A stretch of DNA of 64,000 nt, taken from NCBI GenBank assembly GCA_964613395.1, contig CAZTGO010000002.1, positions 71,366 through 135,365 of the forward strand, written 5' to 3'. Origin of the DNA: an uncultured Candidatus Poseidoniales archaeon. GTDB lineage: Archaea; Thermoplasmatota; Poseidoniia; Poseidoniales; Poseidoniaceae. Numbering within the stretch: position 1 is the stretch's first letter; each line of letters starts with the position of its first letter. Made by a program: the position numbers and the translations under genes. The notes under the pieces are model-generated. The model was not told where the DNA came from. It searched no databases and saw only the letters and a list, made by a program, of their open reading frames with translations. Below, piece after piece: positions 39,216 to 48,063 of the stretch.

Positions 39216-39797
39216 TCAGTTTAGGATGTTAGGTTTCCCTTCAACCATTTCGACTTTTAGAAGCGATTGAAATTTGACTTGTGGAAATTTTTCTTGGAGC
39301 ACCCTCATGCCAGGTCCTTTCTCTACAACCGTGATCACTTCAATGACAGTGACGTTTGCTTCAATGAGGCCTTCAAGAATTGCCAAGAGCGTTCCTCCCG
39401 TCGAAATGACATCATCAAAAATTGCAACTTTTTCACCAGCGTGAACATCATTGATGTACAATGATGCTTCGGAGTATCCCGTTTTTTGTTCAATCTTTAT
39501 CTCTCCATCTAGACCATACGACCTTTTTCGAATAACACCAAATGGAATGCCAGTTGCCATACTCAAAGGTGCTGTAAGTGGAAGCCCCATCGCCTCAATC
39601 CCCAAGAGGACATCGATATTTGACCAATCGATTCGGGAGTTGACATCTTCAATAATTTCAGTCAAGACTTCGGCGTGCAGTCGGGGCACACCATCTGTGA
39701 TAGGGTGGATGAAGTACGGGTATCCATCTTTCCAAATAACCGGAGCATCAATCAAACTCTGTCGCAAAAATGAGAGATTCTCACCGGACATACTCAT
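39216..39797 (-). CDS. hpt: Archaeal-type hypoxanthine/guanine phosphoribosyltransferase
   Basis: YPYFIHPITDGVP, GIEAMGLPLTAPLS, IPFGVIRKRSYGL, QKTGYSEASLYIN and the PRPP motif VAIFDDVISTGGTL. Confidence 0.8.
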   Translation of the reverse strand: MSMSGENLSFLRQSLIDAPVIWKDGYPYFIHPITDGVPRLHAEVLTEIIEDVNSRIDWSNIDVLLGIEAMGLPLTAPLSMATGIPFGVIRKRSYGLDGEIKIEQKTGYSEASLYINDVHAGEKVAIFDDVISTGGTLLAILEGLIEANVTVIEVITVVEKGPGMRVLQEKFPQVKFQSLLKVEMVEGKPNILN

Positions 39798-39826
39798 GCT
39801 AAGAACGATTGTCGTTTGAGTCTTCC

Positions 39827-40234
39827 CTACAATTCAGAAATGTATTCTACATACTCATCTGGGTCAAGTAATTGTTCCATGTCAATGGCGTGAGGCTCGA
39901 GAACAATAATCCATCCATGGTCATATGCGGAATCATTGACGAGGTCAGGATTGATCTCGACTTCACCGTTCACTTCTTTAATCACACCTGAAAAAGGGGA
40001 TGGGAATGATATTTTCTCATCTGAGGTCCAAATTGAAAACAAATCATCGCCTTCATCAACCTCTGTTTCAGCTTGTGGGAGGATGACTCTGAGAACTTCT
40101 CCTGCATCGAATGCTAGAAATTCGCTCACTCCAACCATTAATTTTTCATCTTTGTCTTGGTACCACAAGTGATCGAGTGAGTATTTTCGGTTGTGTGCGA
40201 CCTGAAATTCAACGTAATCATAATCTTCGTCCAT
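39827..40234 (-). CDS. Glycine-cleavage H-protein-like (lipoyl-domain fold) protein
   Basis: YSLDHLWYQ..LMVGVSEFLAFDAGEVLRVILP...SPFSGVIKEVNGEVEINPDLVNDSAYDHGWIIVLE matches the GcvH layout. ATG 40234 (MDEDYDY...) was chosen because the track start at 40306 overlaps the divergent acd ORF. Confidence 0.65.
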   Translation of the reverse strand: MDEDYDYVEFQVAHNRKYSLDHLWYQDKDEKLMVGVSEFLAFDAGEVLRVILPQAETEVDEGDDLFSIWTSDEKISFPSPFSGVIKEVNGEVEINPDLVNDSAYDHGWIIVLEPHAIDMEQLLDPDEYVEYISEL

Positions 40235-40274
40235 AAGGCATCTGCTCCGCCGTACAACAGGTGGTATATGAACA

Positions 40275-41522
40275 ATGAGTTGTGGCAGTCCGTTGTATTC
40301 AATCAAACGGGTTAAGAAACACCTTGACGTCCAAGTGATTGGTGAGCCATTGAATTACGGAGAAACCGATGAACAGCAAATGATTCGAGAATTGGTAAGG
40401 GATTTTGCTGAATCCGTACTTGTTGAAACAATAGAAGAACGGGATAAGAATCAAACGCCTCCATCAAAAGAATGGCAGTCATTCCTTGAACTAGGCCTCC
40501 AAGGCATCACAATTCCGGAAGAGTATGGCGGTATGCCAATCGATGATATTTCCGAAGCAATCATTGTTGAGGAACTTGCTCGTGTTGACCCTTCCTTCGC
40601 TGTCATGTACTGTGTTCATGTTGGTCTCTGTTCAATGACAATTGCTCTTCATGGGGACGATGAACAAAAAGCAGCGTATCTGCCTCGCCTTGCCGCTGGC
40701 GAAGTCGGTGCTTACTCACTTTCTGAAGCAGGGGCAGGAACAGATGCAGCAGCAATGTCCTGTAAAGCCGAACTATCTGAGGACGGCACACATTACATTC
40801 TGAATGGAGAAAAAATGTGGGTAACGAATGGTGTTCAGGCAGATATTCTTGTTCTGTTTGCCAAAGATATCAATCATCCCGATTACGGTGTCAAAAAGCA
40901 TGGAGGAACGACAGCATTCATCGTCGAATCCTCGTTTGAAGGTTTTAGTGTTGGAAAGAAGGAGGATAAACTCGGTATTCGTTCATCGGACACGTGTACT
41001 CTCGTCCTCCAAAATTGTAAGGTTCCAGTCGAGAATGTATTGAAAGGATCTGGAAACGGCTTTCCAATCGCAATGAATGCTTTGGACAACAGCCGAATTG
41101 GCATAGCAGCTCAAGCATTGGGAATTAGCCAAGGTGCTTACGAGGCAGCGTTACAATATTCGAAAGAAAGAGAAGCGTTTGGAAAACCCATAGGCCACCA
41201 CCAGATGATTATGGCTTATCTTGCTGACATGGCAACCAGAATTGAAGCAGCACGACATCTCGTTTACAAGGCGGCATGGACGAAGCAACAGCATTACGAA
41301 GAGGGAGGGCCACGTCACTCGATGGAAGCCAGTATGGCAAAATTATTTGCAGGCGATACAGCGATGTGGGTTTCCGAACGAGCAATTCAAGTTCTTGGAG
41401 GATATGGATATACCAAGGAATTCCCGGTTGAACGATTCTTTAGAGACGCAAAAATCACCCAAATTTATGAAGGAACCCAAGAAGTCCAACGCATTGTTAT
41501 CAGTCGAGGAATTAGCAACTGA
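40275..41522 (+). CDS. Acyl-CoA dehydrogenase
   Basis: TDEQQMIRELVRDFAE, GAYSLSEAGAGTDAAAM, and the C-terminus AKITQIYEGTQEVQRIVISR. The true start may be GTG 40335. Confidence 0.9.
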   Translation: MSCGSPLYSIKRVKKHLDVQVIGEPLNYGETDEQQMIRELVRDFAESVLVETIEERDKNQTPPSKEWQSFLELGLQGITIPEEYGGMPIDDISEAIIVEELARVDPSFAVMYCVHVGLCSMTIALHGDDEQKAAYLPRLAAGEVGAYSLSEAGAGTDAAAMSCKAELSEDGTHYILNGEKMWVTNGVQADILVLFAKDINHPDYGVKKHGGTTAFIVESSFEGFSVGKKEDKLGIRSSDTCTLVLQNCKVPVENVLKGSGNGFPIAMNALDNSRIGIAAQALGISQGAYEAALQYSKEREAFGKPIGHHQMIMAYLADMATRIEAARHLVYKAAWTKQQHYEEGGPRHSMEASMAKLFAGDTAMWVSERAIQVLGGYGYTKEFPVERFFRDAKITQIYEGTQEVQRIVISRGISN

Positions 41523-41526
41523 GCAC

Positions 41527-42642
41527 TTAGATTTTCTTCAAAATCAACCTATTCCTTGCAAGTGACCATGCAATAGGTGTACATGTCAACTCGATGGTTT
41601 TGTTCAATGTGACCGAATCGGATTGCTCGACTGGGAATTGAATCTCTACTTCGTTTTGAGCACCTGACTCAATACCAATGAGTGATTTTCCTCCTTTGTA
41701 GCCTTTTTCTGATAAAAGTGTTGTTTGTTGTGATACAGGAGTGAATTGAAAGGTGAATTGAACTTGTTTTGATTCTATTTTCTCTGAATAATCTCTTGAT
41801 AATCTACATTTTTCTAAGCCGTGCAGAAATTCAACTAAATTTGTTGCAACAACATGACTGTGTTCCCCTTCGTCTTGTTCGATGACCTCGGGTTCTTGTT
41901 CTTCTTCGTCTACGATTGGTTGTTCGTATTGTTCAATGTCTAATGTTACTGCGTCCAACAACCTTGACTGAGAGGAGTCATTTTCGAAAAGACGTAGTGA
42001 ATACATTCCACTTGGAAAGACATTTTCAATTTCGATTTCGATGATGTCACTCGACATTTTTTCATTGAAGAAAAATTTAGAATCTCCGTACATTGTATCG
42101 TTTTGGATGTCGAAAAAGCCTAGCCAGGCGTCTTTTTGATACGGTGGGAGGAGCAATCGAACGATAATGTGTGATCCTTCTTCATTTAATTTAACATCAA
42201 GATGTATTTCAGGTTCTTCAACAGTTTTTTCTTCTTCAATTTCTTCAACAACTAATTCTTCCTTCTTTAGGAAGGAATCTGGGGGCGACACTCCTAAGGT
42301 GGTTAAGTATGCATAATACTCGGTTAACATAATGCCTTCACTGGTGTCTTTTCCCATGAATTTAAACAAGAGTTCACTGACCCATGCAGGCGGATTTTCA
42401 TTTGTGAGTTTGAAGATGAGATTGTTCAATTCATCTATACTAATGACATTATCTTTATTTTCATCAGCTTCGTAAATGAGTGTAGCAGGGTCATATGTAC
42501 CGTTGAGAATATTATCTCGAAAATTTTGCTGAAGTAATCCAGCCATCCTATTCGAAGACGTGATTGTTTCAATTCGCTGAGTCGTCTGTTGGACTTGCTG
42601 TTCGAAAACCTCTTGGAGATTTACACTAGGTATTGCACTCAT
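41527..42642 (-). CDS. Hypothetical acidic protein with one canonical EF-hand Ca-binding loop
   Basis: 371 aa. DENKDNVISIDE (residues 60-71) fits the 12-residue EF-hand loop, with D1, N3, D5, I8 and E12, flanked by helices. The rest is Glu-rich with no recognised family. Confidence 0.5.
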   Translation of the reverse strand: MSAIPSVNLQEVFEQQVQQTTQRIETITSSNRMAGLLQQNFRDNILNGTYDPATLIYEADENKDNVISIDELNNLIFKLTNENPPAWVSELLFKFMGKDTSEGIMLTEYYAYLTTLGVSPPDSFLKKEELVVEEIEEEKTVEEPEIHLDVKLNEEGSHIIVRLLLPPYQKDAWLGFFDIQNDTMYGDSKFFFNEKMSSDIIEIEIENVFPSGMYSLRLFENDSSQSRLLDAVTLDIEQYEQPIVDEEEQEPEVIEQDEGEHSHVVATNLVEFLHGLEKCRLSRDYSEKIESKQVQFTFQFTPVSQQTTLLSEKGYKGGKSLIGIESGAQNEVEIQFPVEQSDSVTLNKTIELTCTPIAWSLARNRLILKKI

Positions 42643-42703
42643 GACACTCGATATGACGGGAGTGAAGTGAATTCAAAAGTTTTCGGGAAAATTGGTACAA
42701 GAA

Positions 42704-44050
42704 TTATTTCGACGAAATTTGAATTTCTAACCGTGGGATTTCATCAATCTCAATATACGCCCAATCGATTTGTGCAAGTTCAATCATCATTTCTTCTTTT
42801 GTCGAGATAGCTTTTTCAATTTGGATTCGATGCATCCATTCTTTTATTCTTCCCAATTTGATGCCTTCGGAGATGCCTGTCGATTGCATGATATCTTGTC
42901 CGTTCAAGATCGCTTCAGTCGAATCAATTAATGACATATCATTTGATATTTTTTGAACTTGTTCTGCATCTTCAATTGATATGTATTTGGTGTTGTGGAC
43001 ATGGACTTTGCTATGAGCCAAATAGGTATGAAGTTGAATGAAATCTTCCATCGTGTTCTTTGTAAAATAATGAAAAATTCGAATGGAAGATTTTGATGGA
43101 ACAGGAGGTTTTGCAAGATTTGAATGAAATTGTTGGATTTCATTTTTCTCTTTGTTTGAAGCTTTCAGCCATGTGAGATGTTGTTTCAATATTCTTGGTT
43201 CGTGTTCAGCCCAAAGAAGTGCAAATTTTTGAAGGAGGTTGAGCGAGGTTGAAACCGTTGATATGCAGTCAATAATTTTCTGAGTCGGCATACTCGAAGA
43301 ACTGAAGATATGATTGAATACGCCTGAATCCATCATCCGATGTAAGATGAAGTGGCACATATCTTTGTCTAAGATGCGTTTCAATTCACTCCATATTCTT
43401 TCAACTGATAGATTGTGAATTTGAGGTGCCGTTGATTTCACTGCAGTAAGTAAATCTATATCCATTTGAAACACAACACCAGGGCTAGGACAAAGAAAAC
43501 GGAATGCACGTAACACGCGCAAGACATCTTCATTGCATCGTTGAAAAGGGTCACCAACACCTTTGAGGATTCTTCGCTGAGCATCATATTTTCCGTGAAA
43601 TGGGTCGTACAACATACCTAATCCAATATCGATTGCCATCGCGTTTATTGTGAAATCACGACGTTCTAAGTCAGTCAAGAGCGACATACCCCACGAAACC
43701 TCGACAGGATGCCGTTTGTCTTCGTACATTCCATCTGTGCGAAGGGTTGTTATTTCTATCACAGGTTTGCCTTTGAGCGTGATGGTCCCGAATTCAACAC
43801 CGGTAGGAACGGCCATATTTCCGAAGAGTTCCATTGTTTGTTCAGGCGTCGATGTCGTCGCAATATCAAAATCAGTGGTTTTGTTTTTTAGGAACAAATC
43901 ACGTACACAACCACCTACTAGCCATGCTCCATGCCCTTTCAAGTGTAATGCTTCAAGTGTGCTCCGTACATGTTGAGGTATATCTTGAATCGCTTGTTTT
44001 AATTCATCATTGAGGGTCTCGCCTTGAATATCAGCATGAATCCATGTCAA
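42704..44050 (-). CDS. cca: Class II (bacterial/eukaryotic-type) tRNA nucleotidyltransferase / CCA-adding enzyme family protein
   Basis: GHGAWLVGGCVRDLFLKNKTTDFDIAT is the GG.VRD...D.D motif. LERRDFTINAMA is motif RRD.T.NA. DVLRVLRAFRF is also present. Confidence 0.85.
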   Translation of the reverse strand: MTWIHADIQGETLNDELKQAIQDIPQHVRSTLEALHLKGHGAWLVGGCVRDLFLKNKTTDFDIATTSTPEQTMELFGNMAVPTGVEFGTITLKGKPVIEITTLRTDGMYEDKRHPVEVSWGMSLLTDLERRDFTINAMAIDIGLGMLYDPFHGKYDAQRRILKGVGDPFQRCNEDVLRVLRAFRFLCPSPGVVFQMDIDLLTAVKSTAPQIHNLSVERIWSELKRILDKDMCHFILHRMMDSGVFNHIFSSSSMPTQKIIDCISTVSTSLNLLQKFALLWAEHEPRILKQHLTWLKASNKEKNEIQQFHSNLAKPPVPSKSSIRIFHYFTKNTMEDFIQLHTYLAHSKVHVHNTKYISIEDAEQVQKISNDMSLIDSTEAILNGQDIMQSTGISEGIKLGRIKEWMHRIQIEKAISTKEEMMIELAQIDWAYIEIDEIPRLEIQISSK

Positions 44051-44122
44051 TTCACCACCTCCCTCACTCTTCTGTCAACATCAATAGAAAATGAATTATG
44101 CGGTCTCGTCTTCGGGTGAATC

Positions 44123-44536
44123 ATGGATTATGATGGGGAGGACGTTACCCTCGTACCCATTGAATGGCTTAAGCCCCATGAGGAGATTAAAGAAAAAAAT
44201 TGCCAATCACTGTTGAAAATGACAAAAAAATGGGGCGGATACACCAAACCCCTCATTGTTGACAAAGCGACGGGGGCAATCTTAGACGGACATCATCGAT
44301 ACAATGTTGGATTACGCCTTGACCTTCGATTACTTCCAGCATTATGCATCGATTATCTGACAGATTCAAGGATAAGCGTTGAGACCTGGCAAGCGAGTAC
44401 CTTTGAAGAGATCACAAAGGAACAAGTTATTGAAATGTCGCTGTCAGGTGATGTCTTTCCTGCGAAAACCAGTAAGCATACGCTGGTATTCGATATCCCT
44501 CCGATATTTGTTCCGCTCGAACAACTTCAAGGTTGA
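44123..44536 (+). CDS. Small ParB/sulfiredoxin-like N-terminal-domain protein
   Basis: 137 aa. LVPIEWLKPHEEI ... GAILDGHHRYNVGLRL are ParB-like nuclease-domain motifs (KPHE, DGHHR). Confidence 0.65.
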   Translation: MDYDGEDVTLVPIEWLKPHEEIKEKNCQSLLKMTKKWGGYTKPLIVDKATGAILDGHHRYNVGLRLDLRLLPALCIDYLTDSRISVETWQASTFEEITKEQVIEMSLSGDVFPAKTSKHTLVFDIPPIFVPLEQLQG

Positions 44537-46326
44537 CGTGAGGATAGATATCGGCTCCAGTGTTCGTTCTTTTTTCCCTGAATAGACCATGTTGATGGTG
44601 GTTGAGAAGGCAGATTGAGTTTAATTTCTTTTGTAACTCCCTCTGAAGCAAAAAGGATGCCGACCTCTGAATTCGCTTTGCCTTGTAATGCGGTATCAAT
44701 TGCTTTCATAGATGATGTTCGTAATGAATCAATGGCTAAAATTTCATCACCAGCCTTGAGATGAAGTCGTAACGGCGAATCTTTCAGAAACCGTAGAATT
44801 TCAATACTGTGGCATTTTTGAGTTAATGCTGCACCCAGCCAGGCATTCTCCACTTTTGCTTCTTCTTTGTGCACGATGTTTCTGCCAAAATATCGTAACG
44901 CTTTTTTGAGGGGTAAAGGCCCTTTATTCTTTACAATTTGTCGAACAAACCTGCCCATGTTTTGCCCTCCCTCCATTGATTGAATTGTTTTCACGATGTC
45001 GTTGAGGTCAATACCCTTACCATCTGAATTTGGATAATCTAATGCATGTTGCTCGCATAGTTTTTTCAAGAGGAGTTCGACTGTTGATTTCCCTTTCGAC
45101 CTTCGTTGCAATTCAGCATCAATACATAGTATTGCCAATTCGCCTTCGAGATAGTATGAAATCTGGCGTTCTCTTGAGTAGGGGCCGCTTCTATAGAGGT
45201 GTATCCATGCATCGTGACTTGATTCTTCAAGAGATTCATAATCAAGACCATTCAAGGTGTAATGCCGTTTTAATTTCTTTTCAAACTCTACAATCCAGTC
45301 TAATTCACTCCAAGCACCTGACCGAACGCATTGCATATCTCCAATCCATGATGTGCATCCTTCGAACCACCACAACAAATTCGTATGCCCTTCCGTTTGC
45401 AAATTATAATCGTGGAATGATTTGGGTCTTAATCGCTTTACATTCCATTGATGGACATATTCATGAGAAAATAAACTTAACAAATCACGATACAATTCGT
45501 CGTTGCCAGGAAGTAAGCATTGACGTGGCATCATCGAGGTTTGAGAATTGAGGTGTTCTAAGCCCCCTCGATTCGTTTGTGTGAGGTGAAGGACTGTGAG
45601 GTAATCCCCCCAGTCATGTACGCCAAACAATGCATGATACTCTTTGACAATACGTTCGCAGTCATCGAGAAACTTTGTGATCATTCCATCGTGTAATGTA
45701 TAGTCTCCACTGTCCCAAAATTTGAACAAATGTGTACGTCCATCAATCGTTCTCGAAATCGTGGGGTTGCTGTTTGCTTCCATGATTGAATCAAGAAATA
45801 GGTCTCTATTTTTTGCAGAATAGTTCCAATGTTTCATTCCATTTTTGACCTTAGAATCGAAAAATTTCAATTGAGTCGCTGGTTCCCATGCTTCAGGAAG
45901 AATATATTCTACACCAAACTCTGAATTCAACCTCTCTAATGCAATACCTTTGTTAGGTAAAAACCAGGTGTAAGGAGGCATGAGATGTAAGTGAGTTGCA
46001 TCGAGATGATTTGAACGGACACTCAACTCTAAACAGAAGAGTTTGTATTCTACATGGACTGTTTTTTTGTTTTTTACATTGAAAATTTTTAGTGAATCAA
46101 CACCACTTCGCTCATGTTTCAACGTTGTTCCTTGTTCATCTTGGACATTGATATCAAAAACATGTTGAATAGGTTCTCGAAGAAAGTATGAGCCTGGAAC
46201 CCAACGTGGAAAGGATAACAAGAGGTTCGTCCCCGTGAACGGAGATTGTATCTTGACTCCAACGGTGAGGTGATGAGAGCCTGGGTTCTCTGCTTTGATA
46301 TAAAATTCCAATCCAGAAGTTGTCAT
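44527..46326 (-). CDS. M61 glycyl aminopeptidase-family metallopeptidase with C-terminal PDZ-like domain
   Basis: HEYVHQWNVKRLRP is the M61 HExxH context. The C-terminus LHLKAGDEILAIDSLR is PDZ-like. AGAGGA RBS before ATG 46326. The 3' end overlaps the ParB-like gene by 10 nt (convergent). Confidence 0.85.
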   Translation of the reverse strand: MTTSGLEFYIKAENPGSHHLTVGVKIQSPFTGTNLLLSFPRWVPGSYFLREPIQHVFDINVQDEQGTTLKHERSGVDSLKIFNVKNKKTVHVEYKLFCLELSVRSNHLDATHLHLMPPYTWFLPNKGIALERLNSEFGVEYILPEAWEPATQLKFFDSKVKNGMKHWNYSAKNRDLFLDSIMEANSNPTISRTIDGRTHLFKFWDSGDYTLHDGMITKFLDDCERIVKEYHALFGVHDWGDYLTVLHLTQTNRGGLEHLNSQTSMMPRQCLLPGNDELYRDLLSLFSHEYVHQWNVKRLRPKSFHDYNLQTEGHTNLLWWFEGCTSWIGDMQCVRSGAWSELDWIVEFEKKLKRHYTLNGLDYESLEESSHDAWIHLYRSGPYSRERQISYYLEGELAILCIDAELQRRSKGKSTVELLLKKLCEQHALDYPNSDGKGIDLNDIVKTIQSMEGGQNMGRFVRQIVKNKGPLPLKKALRYFGRNIVHKEEAKVENAWLGAALTQKCHSIEILRFLKDSPLRLHLKAGDEILAIDSLRTSSMKAIDTALQGKANSEVGILFASEGVTKEIKLNLPSQPPSTWSIQGKKNEHWSRYLSSRQP

Positions 46327-46533
46327 ATGTCCTCTTCTTTGGCTCTTTCTACGAACTTCAATATACATTGCGCAACGAATCATTCATTTTCTCATCTTGA
46401 TGTGAGCATGTTATATTTGACTTAGTTTAGAATGAAACGATTTACGCATTTCGATTCGACATAACAATCGTAAATCATACGGTCCAAAAATAACATTGGA
46501 AATAATTCTAAACCGATGATGTGACCAATACGC

Positions 46534-48063
46534 ATGACAACATATGTCATCGACTCAAATTGTTTTATCCACATGGGGTCTTTTGCAAAAGATGTGATTG
46601 TTCGTTATATTTTGAAATCAAATTTACCACTCAATGTTACATCGGGTGTTTTGGATGAAGTCCGTACTGTGAAATTTCAGAGAATTGAAAAAAAGCCGCG
46701 TCTTCTCGAAATTATTGGTGAGAAGCTAACTGTTCATTCAATAGATGATGCTCAGATCAAAGCTCTCGCTACGAAAATAGGTGAGCGAGCAGCGCCCCAA
46801 GATGTTGACGTTTCTCTTCTTGTTTTGTCCTATCAGTTGAAACAACAAGGTGAAGAGGTTTTGCTCGTAACTGATGACTTTAAGTTAGCAAATGCAGGAA
46901 CAAACCATCAACTCGTCTCTGAAGTATGTCCTCCATCGACTTTTTTTGAGCGTCTGTACAGACTTGAATCAGGAAAAATAGCGAATGACATTAAGAAACT
47001 CGCTTGGAAAATCCGATCAGCAGAAATGCAGTATGCAATAAGCCGAAAAGAGCAGTACAACATTCAAGAAAAGTTGACTTGGCTAATTGAATCTCTCATC
47101 GATCAGGAAGTCCAAGAAACTGAAACTGAAAACCAGGAGGTCAACATGCCTCAACAATCTCCATCCATTCGAAAACTTGTTCAAAATTTGGTAAAATTAT
47201 CTCGAGGTGGAAAAATTAAATCAAGCATGAATGAACGAATTCAGCATCTTCTCCCAATATGTAAACACGTCACTGCTTTGCTAGATTCTATCGATTCTCT
47301 TTACAAATTAGACGACCGAACAAATCTCGATAATAAATTAGAGAATGTGCAGATTGAAACGAGAAATGTATACGAAAATGTTGCTTATGATTTGACATCT
47401 TTGAAAGGTGATGACCTTGAAATCATTCAACAATACACATTCAAAGCATTAACGAAGTCATACCTTCTTCAAGGTATTTTGTTTCAAAATCAAGGTCTAG
47501 CAGACCAATCAAAAACAGCATTTTCGAAAGCATTATTCTACACAAGTTTACTTGACGACGATGTCAACGAATCAAAAATATTGATTTCCCTTGCAACCAT
47601 ACACATCACAAAAGAAGACTACGGAAATGGTATGTTATGTATTCAAAAATCGATTAATCTGGGAATTGAAAATGATGCTATGAGTATTCAGCGACACATT
47701 TTAGTCGCTATTTGTCATGAGTTTATGGGTAAAACAAACCAAGCTTTGGAAGCGATTCGACGAGCAGCAATTACATTGAAGGAACATCTACAAAGTGGTA
47801 CAGAAGCTATTTTTGGTCTTGGAAAGTCATTTTTAGCACTCAACGCACCACACATAGCAGTAGAGTTGTTTGATGAGGCATTGGAATGCCACGCTCAGTT
47901 GGATTCGTGGTCAGAAGAGGTCTTTGGTTTGTACATGACAGCCCTAAACAGAAGTGAAGACATTAGCGGAAAACCCTCAATCCGCGAACTCCTAGACCAA
48001 ATTCATCAACAATCGGACGAAGTTCAAACATTGATTGAAGAAAAAATCAAGGAAAATTTATGA
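46534..48063 (+). CDS. Nob1-like PIN-domain protein with about 380-aa helical/TPR-like C-terminal extension
   Basis: MTTYVIDSNCFIH, TSGVLDEV, GERAAPQDVDVSLLVLSYQL and LLVTDDFKLAN give a PIN acidic tetrad layout resembling archaeal Nob1. There is no CxxC zinc ribbon. The C-terminal half is helical-repeat-like (YLLQGILFQNQGLADQSKTAFSKALFY...). Confidence 0.6.
   Translation: MTTYVIDSNCFIHMGSFAKDVIVRYILKSNLPLNVTSGVLDEVRTVKFQRIEKKPRLLEIIGEKLTVHSIDDAQIKALATKIGERAAPQDVDVSLLVLSYQLKQQGEEVLLVTDDFKLANAGTNHQLVSEVCPPSTFFERLYRLESGKIANDIKKLAWKIRSAEMQYAISRKEQYNIQEKLTWLIESLIDQEVQETETENQEVNMPQQSPSIRKLVQNLVKLSRGGKIKSSMNERIQHLLPICKHVTALLDSIDSLYKLDDRTNLDNKLENVQIETRNVYENVAYDLTSLKGDDLEIIQQYTFKALTKSYLLQGILFQNQGLADQSKTAFSKALFYTSLLDDDVNESKILISLATIHITKEDYGNGMLCIQKSINLGIENDAMSIQRHILVAICHEFMGKTNQALEAIRRAAITLKEHLQSGTEAIFGLGKSFLALNAPHIAVELFDEALECHAQLDSWSEEVFGLYMTALNRSEDISGKPSIRELLDQIHQQSDEVQTLIEEKIKENL

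Noticed and set aside
39827-40335. Apparent head-to-head overlap of the GcvH-like ORF (to 40306) and the acyl-CoA dehydrogenase ORF (from 40275)
   Set aside because: Both track ORFs carry non-conserved N-terminal extensions. Using ATG 40234 for the GcvH-like gene, and ATG 40275 or GTG 40335 for acd, removes the overlap. This also leaves room for divergent promoters.
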